A stretch of 64,000 nucleotides of DNA from Octopus vulgaris (taxonomy: Eukaryota): the NCBI GenBank assembly GCA_951406725.2, contig OX597828.1, positions 53,072,001 through 53,136,000 on the forward strand, in the 5' to 3' direction. Shown here piece after piece: positions 40,767 to 55,293 of this stretch. The notes below the pieces were generated by a model. It made no database searches. It had not been told where the DNA came from and saw only the letters and a list, made by a program, of their open reading frames with translations. Every line of letters starts with the position of its first letter. The first letter of the stretch is position 1. Made by a program: the position numbers and the translations under genes.

Positions 40767-41343
40767 GAGACAGAAATAGACAGACAGAGAGATTTAATGT
40801 GTAATAGAAAAGCCAAACGAAAATATAGGAAGACACAACAAAAATCAGTTAGAGAGAGAGAGAAAAGACGAAGTGGAAGTAAAAAAAAAAGAAAAAAAAA
40901 GTGGGTAGAATAGAGATGGCGTGGGGGGGGGGGAAGAAGGAGGAAGGGGTTGATGCGTCAGATGTCATCTGAAGCACAAACTTGTCCGTCACAATAGGTC
41001 CTCACCTTGGGAACTGCGGCAGGCGTCATCGTGAGTTCATTTCCTCCCTGACACATCAGACTCGCCGGTGTCTCGCGGCACTCCTTGCACTCCACCAAGA
41101 AGTGGAAAGACAAATATATAACATGTGCATGACACACACACAAACACACACGCATACATACACACACACACACATATATATACATACATATATATATACA
41201 CACACACATATATATATATATACATTATTCATACATACATACATATACACATACATACATACATTCATACATACATACATACATACACACACATATATAT
41301 ATATGCGCATATATCAAAGCATATGTATATGCTTATATATATA

Positions 41344-41379
<36 letters not shown>

Positions 41380-41413
41380 TATATATGTATATATATATAT
41401 ATGCATATATATG

Positions 41414-41454
<41 letters not shown>

Positions 41455-41476
41455 TATATATGTATATATATGTATG

Positions 41477-41508
<32 letters not shown>

Positions 41509-41896
41509 CGTATACATATACGCATGCATTCATGGCTATAAAAACTAAAACAAGCGAGTGAACAAATAACTTTATACACAAAGTAAACGGAAATATTTAT
41601 GCATTTATTTATTTATATTTATTTTCTTTGAGTTTTTTTTGCGGTAGGTGAAGGAGGGGGGCACTTTTCTATAAACTTTATTCGTGGCAACGTCGAGGTT
41701 GCTGTCATATCGCAATGGGTGTGTGTGTATGTGTGTGAGTGTCCTAAATGATTTGGGTAAAAATATCACTCGGTAGTACTCAATACCGTAAGAGTAGAAT
41801 GAAAAAGTCTTTTATTCAAAGCTAAGTCTGCGTGAGACGTTTTTCTGATATTTTTAACCTTATGCGTTTGTGTTTACGCGCGCACAGGGCTACATT

Positions 41897-41928
<32 letters not shown>

Positions 41929-41950
41929 TGTATGTATGTATGTATGTATG

Positions 41951-41981
<31 letters not shown>

Positions 41982-41984
41982 TTG

Positions 41985-42260
41985 TTTAGTTTTAGTTCAA
42001 GATTTCTTGCCAATAGAGAAATAACCGGTTTCTAACCTAATCCAAGGCTCCTTCATTGGAATTTCAACATCAATAACAGGGTATTTTTGCTTGTATGTAT
42101 GTATGTATGTATGTATGTATGTATGTATGTATGTATGTATGTATATGTGCAGATTTGTATATTTTGCTTTATACATGTATGTATTCTCATGCGTATAGTT
42201 GCACTTCTAGACATGCTCATATATAATGTAATGGTAAACTTCTGGTAAGTTTTACAAATT
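41985..42260 (+). repeat. Unclassified dispersed repeat, copy 1
   Basis: ttcaagatttcttgccaatagagaaataaccggtttctaacct...ttcattggaatttcaaca...ctagacatgc is repeated at 50590-50840. Confidence 0.75.
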
Positions 42261-42774
42261 ACGTATGTATGTATATATATATGTATGTACGTATGTATGC
42301 ACATATAAATATGTATGTATCTGTTTATACGAATATGTATAGATATATGAGCACACACCCGCATACTTGTATGTAAAACACAACCTAAATCAGTAGAAAT
42401 GAAATGAGTATGGATATCATAAAGCCTCGATGTGGTTTAAATAAGAATGTAAACACATTATTTATAAATAAGTGTGTGTGTGTATTGACTGCCAAAAATG
42501 CAATGCGTTACGTATGCAAATCTGTCTATTCTGTTCACTAAAGCAATTAGTGACCCATAGCTTCGTAGATGTGACTCCGGAATCTGTTAGAAACGCTGCT
42601 CGTTCGCTTATGACATCGTAGCACAGGATTGAAGCTACTAAGGCTGATTGCGCTCTGTGCCTTGTGCAAATATGCACGAAGTGTTTACAGCTGTCACTTC
42701 CATAGAATTGTTGGTTACAGCTCTATAAATATTTTCTGTAGCACAAATATATATATATATATATATATATAATG

Positions 42775-42825
<51 letters not shown>

Positions 42826-43006
42826 ATATGAATAATATAAATAATACATATATATATATTATAAATAATATATGTATATATATAGTATATATAATATATA
42901 TAATATAAATAATATATATATATATAATATTATATATATATGCATATATGGATATATACATATATATATACATATATATACATCCATATATATACATATA
43001 TATACA

Positions 43007-43079
<73 letters not shown>

Positions 43080-43115
43080 GTACATATATATACATACATA
43101 TATATATATATGTAC

Positions 43116-43148
<33 letters not shown>

Positions 43149-43174
43149 CATACACACACACACACACATACACA

Positions 43175-43290
43175 CATGTACCAAATCCATTCAGAAGATT
43201 TTGGTCAGCCTGAAGCTATAGTAGAAAACACTGACTCAAGGTGTCACGCAGTGGGACCTGAACTGAGAAGGAAACTGCTCACCACATAAC
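43175..43290 (-). mobile_element. SINE family B 5' portion, degraded
   Basis: taccaaatcc...gctatagtagaaaacactgactcaaggtgtcacgcagtgggacctgaac. Confidence 0.7.
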
Positions 43291-43492
43291 CTCTTGGAAA
43301 CGCGCATATTAAAGACCGTTTTAATAAGAAGGAGAGAAAAAAAAATCAAGAATTTGGTTTTAAAAGAAAGTCATACATTTTCACCATCATGATATCATCT
43401 CTACCTCCCTAATGGTAATCGTCACGATCATGTTTCTCTTCTCCTCCTCCTCCTCCTTCTCCTCATCTTCCTTACTGCCACTACCACGATGA

Positions 43493-43536
<44 letters not shown>

Positions 43537-43691
43537 TGTGCGTGTGCGTGTGTGTGTGTGTCACCCTCTCACCTTACACTCATTGACTTGCTCGTCTGAC
43601 TGTGACAGAAAAGAAAGACATCGTCACTAACACGCGGAACGATCAAAGCACACGTGACCTAGTTTGCCGGGTCGATTGTTAGGAAGAAGAA

Positions 43692-43733
<42 letters not shown>

Positions 43734-44817
43734 AATGATAATGATGATTTAGCAATACTAGCAGTTGCTGTTCTTATTGTGTTTTGTTGTTGATAGCAGC
43801 GAAAAGATACAAAAGAAGTAGAACTATAAAAATAACAAACAAAATGTCAGCAAAAAAATAAAATAGCAATAAATGTTTTTTTTTTTTTTATTTATATTTT
43901 CTTTTATTTCTTTGGCCCTTTCGACACATTACCCAGTAAGCGTGGATTGGCAAGAATCGATCCATGTATCTGCCGACTGAAAAGTAGCAGACGGACTTGT
44001 TAGAATCAAAATAACACCAAAACAAAAAGGCGCTGACACATTAAAGAAACTGTAAGGCTTGATCTGGTCAGATATCCAGTTAGAAATAGCAGCTAAAACC
44101 GCCGTTAACTCGTATCATATTATGTTATACAGTATAACCTCACAAAAAGTCACATTATGAAAAGTAGTACTCGATACTCTATTCCTGAAAATTAAAATTA
44201 ATAATTAGGCCCAAAAGGTTTAGATTATTGGTCTGATTATTCAAGGCTGACCTAGGGCTAAACTGCGAGAACAAAGATTAGTAGAAAAAGCTGTTAACAC
44301 AGGGTCCCTTCAACGGTTGCTTCAGTCCACTAGAAATAAGTCATCTGTCTCTCAACATCCACCCTTCTGAAAGTACACGGGGTTAGTGTATTTCTAAATA
44401 GAATGTTTCTAAATAGAAATGAGAAAACAACAGGATGGACGCGGTTGGAGCGCCTTTATCAACAATGATAATAACTGGGTTTTTTTGTATTTAATTTAAT
44501 TAGAGTGTAGTTTGAGGAAGAGTTGACTGTTGCTTCTAACGAGTCGAGTGATCACGTAGAGACTAGCTCATTGCTTCGATACATCCATTCATGTTTAGTG
44601 TGTGTGACTATAATGACAGCGTGGGTGTTTTCAAAAGCCTACACCAACGTGTGTTAAAAACAAAAACGTTATCTTTAGATCTGTAAACTCTAGATTTTCC
44701 ACACCGCCTTAGTTTCTTATAAACTACACAAAAGGTTTTGTTCACACATTGAGTTTACCATACATTGAATACAATCAATGATTCTACCTTTTTTAACGTT
44801 TGTCAATGCTAGGCTAA

Positions 44818-45383
44818 AGAAGGTGGTGAGCTGACAGAATCGTTAGCCCGCCGGGCGAAATGGTTAGCGATATTTCGTCTGCCGTTACGTTCTGAGTTCA
44901 AATTCCGCCGAGGTCGACTTTGCCTTTCATCCTTTCAGGGTCGATAAACTAAGTACCAGTTACGCACTGGAATCGATATAGTCGACTTAATCCGTTTGTC
45001 TGTCCTTGTTTGTCCCCTTTGTGTTTAGCCCCTTGTGGGTAGTAAAGAAATAGATATTTCGTCTGCCGTTACGTTCTGAGTTCAAATTCCGCTAGCCCCT
45101 TTGTCTGTCCTTGTGTTTAGCCCCTTTGTGTTTAGCCCCTTGTGGGTAGTAAAGAAATATATATTTCGTCTGACGTTACGTTCTGAGTTCAAATTCCGCC
45201 GAGGTCGACTTTGCCTTTCATCCTTTCGGGGTCTATAAATTAAGTACCAGTTACGCACTGGAGTCGATATAATCGACTTAATCCGTTTGTCTGTCCTTGT
45301 TTGTCCCCTTTGTGTTTAGCCCCTTGTGGGTAGTAAAGAAATAGATATTTCGTCTGCCGTTACGTTCTGAGTTCAAATTCCGC
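44818..45383 (+). mobile_element. Head-to-tail multimer of SINE A2
   Basis: Full head at 44818-44868, then units starting gatatttcgtctgccg at 44869, 45053, 45160 and 45344. Units 1 and 3 are 184 nt and near-identical. Confidence 0.9.
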
Positions 45384-45421
45384 TAGAAATAACAGTCAAA
45401 ATGTGACGGTTATACTCCTTG

Positions 45422-45518
45422 TGCGCATGCGCAGCATCTTTAGTTACTATGGAAACAGAGTATTTTGCAATCAGCTATGGAACACGTGGTGTTTCTTTGC
45501 TTTGGTTACTAAGGAAAC
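45422..45518. promoter_or_regulatory. NRF1-like palindrome, two RFX X-box-like sites and an E-box
   Basis: tgcgcatgcgca 45422-45433; gttactatggaaac 45443-45456; cacgtg 45483-45488; gttactaaggaaac 45505-45518. Motif match only. Confidence 0.35.
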
Positions 45519-46447
45519 AGAGTTCTTCGCTACGGTGATGTGTAAAACACTCGCTTCTGATTGACTAAAATACCTAAATTTTGCAAATTTTAATGGCTAA
45601 TATATTTTTAATTATGGACTTATTGGAGAAATGAATTCCCTTTTCATAATTAGTATCAAAACTTAATCCATATGCCAAATTTGAAACCAACAGGAATAAA
45701 ATTGTAGACAGCGACGAGAACCACAAAGATCCTAAGTACCAGTTAAACACTGGGGTCGATCTAATCGATTTACCTCCACCCCGAACTTACTGGACTTATG
45801 CCAATATTTGACATCACTGTAAAGGCTAGAGAAAATAATGGTGTGCTTCTTGTCTCGGCTGAAAAATTGCGTGTTCATATATCGCTAACTGATACAGGAT
45901 TTCTGTACCGTGTTCCCTTGCACTAAGTATTTTAAGGGTTTTTCATGATCGTCATGGATAGCATTAAGGAAAGAACATGGAAATATTGAATCTAAAAGAA
46001 ACCGATGTCATAGATACATAAACATCTGGGGGGCGTAGATACAAACAGAAAGGGAATTTGGGTGAGTGAAATGAAAGGTCCTGATTATAAAAGTAACAGG
46101 ACATGGGATTTACTGAGTTACTTGGGGTTACAACAAGCAAATTCAATAGTACAAAATGTGTGATTTGAGCAGGGCTCACAGGTGGTTTTCGGTTTGATTT
46201 TGATTGTCGAATAAAACAACAGGTGAAAGACAGATAGAAAATGGTGCATATTTAGATAAATAAAGAGAGAGAGAGAGAGAGGAGAAGAAGCAGTAAACCA
46301 GTTCTTGGTGAGCCATATATACATATGTGTGTGTGTGTCTGTGTGCGCGCGCATAATTCACGTTTATATACAATATACGCATGAAGCATTTTATACCTAT
46401 TTAATATTTATATATATAAAACACACACATATATCTATACATATATA

Positions 46448-46504
<57 letters not shown>

Positions 46505-46954
46505 CGTGTGTTTGCTTTTATGTACAAATGATTATACACGCGAGCGCACACACAAACACACACACTCATACACACACACACACACGTACGGAAGCACGCA
46601 CAAGGACAAGAGGGAAATCAACTAATTTACTTTTTTAACGAATTCCTTCCAACAACCAAACTGAGACCCAACTCTTTTGTCCATTCCACTGAGCCGACCA
46701 CCACCACTACCACCACCACCATCACCACCTCTACTACCGCCGCCACCACCACTATCACCTTCTCCTCCAGTAAGTCACTGATTAAAATGTACTGACGGGG
46801 TTGGGATCGGAGGTGTGTCTAGAACGTCTGTGTGTGCATATTAAGAAGTGTGTCTGTGTGTGCGTTTATACTGAACAATATGTGTGTTTAAAAATTACGT
46901 TTTAACCTATATGTGTATGTTAATGTGTGTGTGTGTGTGTGTTAACAAATATGC

Positions 46955-47539
46955 TCTTTTACTTGTTACTTGCTTCAGTCATTGGACTGCGGTCATACTG
47001 GGGCACCGCCTTGATGGGCATCAGCCGTGCAAACAACCCGAGTATTGATTTTTGAATTCCGTACTTACTCTATCTTTGTCTTTTATCCAAACTGATATGT
47101 TATGGGGGTGTAAACAAACCAACACCGGTTCGGTTGCCGAGCGGTGGTCGGCTAGTCACAAACAACACACACGTATATGCGTGTGCATTGCTTCCCAATT
47201 GCATATTTCCGGGTTCAATCCCACTGCATGACGTTTTGAGCTTGTGTGTTCTACTGTAGCCTTGAGCCAACCAAAGACTGATGAGTGAATTTGATAGACG
47301 GAAACTGAAAGATGCCAGTCGTATATATGTGTGTGTATGTGTGTGTGTGTAGCTTGACAAGCGATGTTGGTGTACTTATGTCTCCGTAACATAGCGGTTT
47401 GGCAAAAAAATACTGATAGAATAAGTACTAGGCTTACAAAGAATAAGTCTCGTTGACTATTTCTTTGACTAAAAGCCCTTTAGGACGGTTCTCCAGCATG
47501 GCCGCAGTCGAATGGCTGAAGCAAGTAAAAGAATAAAAG

Positions 47540-47540
<1 letters not shown>
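46955..47540. mobile_element. Two SINE family B copies in divergent orientation
   Basis: Minus-strand 3' part at about 46955-47170 (cttttacttg...gggcaccgcctt); plus-strand copy at about 47190-47540 ending ctccagcatggccgcagtc...gtaaaagaataaaaga. Confidence 0.75.
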
Positions 47541-47577
<37 letters not shown>

Positions 47578-48627
47578 AGATAGATAGGTAGGTAGGTAGG
47601 TAGGTAGGTAGGTAGGTAGGTAGGTAGATAGATAGATTTTGTTTTGGTTGTGAATTAAGACTACCATTGGTTTCATGTTATGAAGAGTGTATCATGAAAC
47701 CAATAGTAGACTTAATTCAAAATTAAAGAAATTATATTCCCCCAATGCGGTGTTGAGCACTCATTTCATCGTTCTACATTTACATATATAGATATATATA
47801 TATAGATATTTATATAATTCATATACGCGCGCGCGACGGATTTATTTAAGTTTTCTTATACCGTATCTGCTCAAGCTTTTGGTCGGGCGGAGTTATAGAA
47901 GCACACATTTGCCCAAAGTATGTATGCTAACATTAGTATGTGTTAAGAACATTGTGTGTGTATGTGTGTGTGTGTGTGTGCGTGTGTGTGTGTGTGTGTG
48001 TGCGCGCGCATGTGTGTGTGTGTGTGAATAACTGAATGAATAAGACAGAAAGCAAAGAAGGGTGATGAGAAAGATGAGTAAGGGTGTGAGGAAGAGGAGA
48101 TTAGTGGATGGTTGGTGGGGGAGGTGTGGAATGGATGTGATAGACTTGACACTGTTTATTAAACCAGTAAACAAGGTAAATAAAAGAAGGAAAGCGACAA
48201 CAACAATAGCAACAACAAAAATAACAACAACACCACAAGCAGTTAACGAACCGAAACTGGTTGGATAACTGTTGAAGAGGGACAGTCAGTGTGTGTGTAA
48301 AATAGGAGTGTGTGTGTGTGGTTTTATGTGTATATATGCTTATATGCGTGTGTGTGTTTGTGCTTGTTTAAGCTTTATTTTTGTGTATATATATACAAAT
48401 GTGTGTGTGTGTGTATGTGTGTATTCGTATATCTACATACATGTATGTATGTGTTTGTTTTCTTCTGTATTCACGTACCTTTCTGTAAATGTGTGATTTT
48501 GTTCTTCGATCTCGATGTGTGTGTATGTATGTATGTGTGTATATCAGTTTATATATACATTCTCTCTTCTTCTTCTTCTTCTTCTTCTATTATTTCTTCT
48601 TCTACTACTACTACGGTACTACTTTTT

Positions 48628-48659
<32 letters not shown>

Positions 48660-48667
48660 GCTGCTGT

Positions 48668-48711
<44 letters not shown>

Positions 48712-49218
48712 GTACTACTATTTCTTCTCTGTACGTGCGTGTGCAACCCTTACCCTTGCGTGCGCGTGTTGTTGTTGTCTACCCGAAGGTCAAGCGGGAT
48801 CGTACAAACTTACGATCAAATCCATTCCAGTTATGACCATCCCGTCCATTTCCCCAGCCACATTACATGCAGACTACACTACTTAGATAGTATCGTCCTC
48901 TTCGCTTTCAAGGCCTATGTATGATTTGAGGGATAATATGACTATTATTTCTTGCTGATCAACTAACTATGGTACAGGCTTTCGTGAAGGTGAAGGTGAA
49001 GGTGACGAGGGAGGGGGTATGACCTAAAGATAAGGGTGGTGAGTTTTTGCGGGTATGTGAAGGGGTGTAACAAAATTCCGGGTGGGCAGTTAAGGATATA
49101 TTAAGTTACGCTGTAAACGTTTTTATTTTTTTTCTTGAACTCTTTACATTTTTGTTTTGTTTATGTCACGTGTTTATATTTTCAACGTGGTTTGTCAACC
49201 ATTATTTCTCTCTCTCTC

Positions 49219-49253
<35 letters not shown>

Positions 49254-50058
49254 TTCTCTCTCTCTCTCTCTCGTACCAGATGTATAAACACGTACATTTA
49301 CATATATTAGTATAATATATGTGTAAATGTACGTATGTACCATCTGAAAACAGAACACACACACATACATACACTTACATTCCTGCTTGCTCATAAACAC
49401 ATGCACACATACACGCACATAGACAGAGACACATGTATACATGCGCAAGGGTAGACACACACACACACACACGCGCGCGCGTCTAGAGGGATCAGCAACT
49501 GATCAGGGTGTATTTCTTGAGCGTCGTATGATGCATAAGAGGAAGATGATGAGAAAAAAATAGGACGAGAGAGGGCACAGGTCTTTGATGTCCCTGTTAC
49601 TAGTTGATGCGATGCCATTGGGAACGAAAAGCAGATGCTTTGGTGACAAAGCTTGGACTCTAAGCACACAGCCGGACTAAATAAATCAAGGTTTCCTGTC
49701 CGGTACTCAGTTCAGCCAATCTACTGCCCTTCACAGGTTATTCTGTTTTATGTAACCCACGAAAAGATGAAAGGCAATAATGATCTCTCGATAGAATTTC
49801 TACCTAGTTTGCAGTGGGACGGAACAAATCCCAGGCTGTGATCTTTCCGACGCTCAAAAGACGACGCTAATTTGTCCGGTTCTTGTGAAGGTGGGGCAGG
49901 TTGCAACATTTTAAAATTCTAATAGATCACCACGAGAAGTGCTTCCTAAGTAAGGTAGTCATTGAAATAGATTTATATAAAAAAACCCTGATTGATCTAC
50001 TGGACATGACATTATGTATGTATGTATGTATGTATGTATGTATGTATGTATGTATGTG

Positions 50059-50094
<36 letters not shown>

Positions 50095-50130
50095 TGTGTA
50101 TATGTATGTATGTATGTATGTGTGTATTAC

Positions 50131-50522
50131 ACTTTTACTCTTTTACTTGTTTCAGTCATTTGACTGCGGCCATGCTGGAGCACCGCCTTTAATCGAGCAA
50201 CTCGACCCCGGGACTTATTCTATTGTAAGCCCAGTACTTTTTCTATCGGGTCTTTTGCCGAACCGCAAAGTAACGGGGACATAAACACACCAGCATCGGT
50301 TGTCAAGCAATGCTAGGGGGACAAACACAGACACACAAACATACACACACACACATATATATATATATATACACATATACGACGGGCTTCTTTTAGTTTC
50401 CGTCTACCAAATTCTCTCACAAGGCTTTGGTCGGCCCGAGGCTATAGTAGAAGACACTTGCCCAAAGTGCCACGCAGTGGGACTGAACCCGGAACCATGT
50501 GGTACAGCCACTCCTGCGCCTA
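50131..50522 (-). mobile_element. SINE family B (CORE-like), near full length
   Basis: The minus strand reads ggcgcaggagtggctgt...gggttcagtcccactgcgtggcactttgggcaagtgtcttctactatagcctcgggccgacc...aaggcggtgctccagcatggccgcagtcaaatgactgaaacaagtaaaagagtaaaag. Confidence 0.9.
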
Positions 50523-50524
50523 TG

Positions 50525-50580
50525 TGGAGAATTCACAAAAAAAAACAACGAAAAGACGAAGACAGGTGGTGTAGACAACG
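50525..50580 (-). mobile_element. Family D fragment (3' end only)
   Basis: ggagaattcacaaaaaaaaacaacgaaaagacgaagacaggtggtgtagac matches 17689-17742. Confidence 0.65.
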
Positions 50581-50589
50581 TATGTCATT

Positions 50590-50840
50590 GTTCAGTTTTA
50601 TTTCAAGACTTATTGCAAGTAGAGAAAGAGCTGGTTTCTAACCTAGATCCAAGAATCTTTCATTGGAATTTCAACACCATCAACAGACTTTATATGTGTG
50701 TATACGTGCATTATATGGAGTCGGTGTATGTGTAGATTTGTATTTTTTGTTTTATGTATGTATTCTCATGCATCTAGTTGCATGTCTAGACATGCGCGTG
50801 TATACTTAAATGATAAATTTCTGGAAAGTTTTACACATTT
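50590..50840 (+). repeat. Unclassified dispersed repeat, copy 2
   Basis: Aligns with 41985-42260. Confidence 0.75.
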
Positions 50841-51460
50841 TTACAGTTCCAGTGATGGCTTGAATCTGTAGTCTTCGAATCAGCTTTCTACTTTCTGGTT
50901 TTGAGAAGCCTAATTTCTCAAGATTTGTACTTAGGCAGTGTGTAAAATATCTCAGTGTCCCAGTAATTACAGGTATAAACCTGAACTTGTAATCTGGGTA
51001 GAATTACTTTAAATTTCTCAGTAGTTCAGCGTAGATATTGTCTTATGTATATATATGTATACACGTTTGTATGTATGTGTGAATGTATATATGTGTATGA
51101 GTGTTTGCGTGTATGTGTAGAAATTCAGGTAAAATGGGGAGGGAAAAGGGAGGTGGATGGTGATTGTCATAGTAATAGTTTGTCTGTTGACCGTAGTAGG
51201 TGAAGGGAGAAGAGAGGAGAGAGAAAGAACAGAACAAAGTTAGGGTAGTGAGAGTAGGGTGGGGGAATAAAGGCAGACTGTGAGATAGGAAAGGATATAA
51301 AGAAGAAAAATATAAGAAACCGAGAGAGAGAGAGAGAGAGAGGGATGTGCGGGGTGTCGGGGTAGAAGGAGGAAAGTTAAGTAAACTTGCTAATGTACCC
51401 GGCGCCGGTAACCCATGATTTGTGTATGTGTTTACAAATATATGTGTGTGTATTTATACA

Positions 51461-51506
<46 letters not shown>

Positions 51507-51983
51507 TGTGTTTGTGTTTATATATGAATATACATACACATATAGATATATACATACATGTTCCTGTGTGTACATATATATACCCTCATAGTTACTTGTC
51601 TATGAGTATGTCTGCATGTATCTGTCTATCTGTTTTCCCATTTCCTACTCCCCTCCTCTTTGTCTCACAATATATATATATGTATATTATACGTGTGTTG
51701 TGTATGTATGTATGTATGTATGTATGTATATATGTATGTATGTATGTATGTACATTATTGTTGCTATCAAGAGGCGAAACTTCGAATTTTATTTCAACTT
51801 ATGTTACACACATATGTGAAATATAATGTGTGTATGTGTAGCTCTAAAGGTGTGAATGCTTGTATGCATGTATCTATGCTTCATGTGAACACATGTTCGT
51901 ACAAACAGCCATATCCCACCTCTTTCGTTAAAATTCTACATCTTATCTTGTTTTGTTTTTCCATTTTGTTGATCTTTCTCCAG

Positions 51984-52163
51984 AACGGTAACCGTCTACA
52001 AGGTCCGCTACAGGGAGTACCCATGGTTGCGTCGAGTCCTGTTCGTCACGAGAGTCCCATGCAAGCTAACCCAGTGGAAGTGCAGAGTTACCAGCCGGCG
52101 TGGAAGGCCCTCACGGAATTCACGCTTCAAAACGACCTTGACCACCCACCTTTCCAACAACTG
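51984..52163 (+). CDS. Isl1: Islet gene, exon encoding the Lhx3/4-binding domain
   Basis: Pyrimidine-rich acceptor gatctttctccag. The 180 nt read [60 protein letters not shown], matching the vertebrate ISL1 motif GTPMVAASPERH...[15 protein letters not shown]...FQQL. Donor gtgagc at 52164. Confidence 0.94.
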
Positions 52164-52595
52164 GTGAGCAACTTTCTAGCAGATGATGATGATGATGGTG
52201 ATACGGTTGTATATATTGAAGAGCAGAGATAAAAGCTAACGGTAATTGTCCTTCGTCTTTCGGCTCGCTGTTACTACAACTGCCCGACATCCAACATGGT
52301 GGAGGTGGAGTTGGAGTTGTGCTGTTGACTGGGACCAACCAAACTGACTAGGACATTTACCCCACAATCTAAACACACTGTACACACACATATTTATTTA
52401 TATATATATATATACACACATATGTACACAAACACACACACACACACGCATACACACACATAGTCGTTATCTTACAATATGACATACATATACACATACA
52501 TGCACGTACACAAGTAGATATATATTCGTGGAACTCGAAGTTGATAAAGTAAAAAATTAGCATGTATACACTGCGTTTTAAAAGCCTTTGGATAG

Positions 52596-54076
<1,481 letters not shown>

Positions 54077-54149
54077 CGAACGAAATATATATATGCAATA
54101 TGCACACGCATAAACACACAGCACGAACACAAGCATTCATACTTAACAT

Positions 54150-54190
<41 letters not shown>

Positions 54191-54566
54191 TACTTTTAGT
54201 TATTTTATTTTATATTTTATCTAGGATGAATGTGTTTCTGTGTGCGCGCGTACACTTACCTTTTTGTTTATCAAACGTTCTCCTTACCTAGCAACTTACC
54301 TATTTAATTGTTTATTAATCTGTCTCACTATACAAATACATCCTACTAGTTTGGGTAAATAACAAGCGAAATAGCACCCAAGCCCGCTATATGTATAAAT
54401 AGTTCTGTACCAGCTCGATTGTAAACCCAACCGTATGTCTTTTATACCCGTGTGTCTTTTATACTATATGCAGTGAGTTATATACACACACGCACACACA
54501 CATATATATGTATGTATTTATTTATATATACACACATATGTATATACTTGTATACACACACACATA

Positions 54567-54762
54567 CGAAGGGGTGCTGACAAATTTCTGGCTTTAAGGG
54601 TATCGTGAAAGCCAACCTTCCGAGTTCTTTTACAGGGCTTAGAAAAAAATCTTAAGGACCTCTGCAATATGTGTGTGAATCTGAGTGGGGAGTATGGTGA
54701 ATAAAACCATGATTAACTGATCCTCCTGTATTTTCTTTTAAAGACAGGAACATTTTAGCACT
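54567..54762. mobile_element. Tc1/mariner-type MITE, second copy (inverted relative to 21384-21600)
   Basis: ta-cgaaggggtgctgacaaatttctggctttaaggg...gattaactgatcctcctgtattttcttt is the reverse complement of the 21.4 kb copy. Confidence 0.75.
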
Positions 54763-55163
54763 TGGTATTTATGCGTTTGTGTGTGTCTTGTATTAAATCC
54801 TTGTGAACTACAGAGTATTTTTCGGCATAGAATTATAAAATATGCTAAGTTAAGAATGTGGAATCATCCCAGGCTTAATCGTTCTATAGAAATAAAACAT
54901 TGGATCCATTGACTAGTTTCATGAAAAAACGAATACAGGTCTTCACTTGAAGAAGTGATTATTAGATAATTGATTGCTCTTTCCTATTTCAAAAACTTTT
55001 GTGATGAAATGACTCAACACAAATAATTTGCTAAATTATTTCATGACTGAAAATGTGGTCATGTAGTTTTGAAAACATTTGCAGAAAAGAGCTAACATCG
55101 TCTGTTTTCTGTTCTTCCAAATGCGGAAACAGGTGCGCGCGCACACAAACACACAAACATACG

Positions 55164-55293
<130 letters not shown>

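Noticed and set aside
44869-45383. Regularly repeated units suggestive of a CRISPR-like array
   Set aside because: The units are whole SINE bodies with no unique spacers, in a eukaryotic context.
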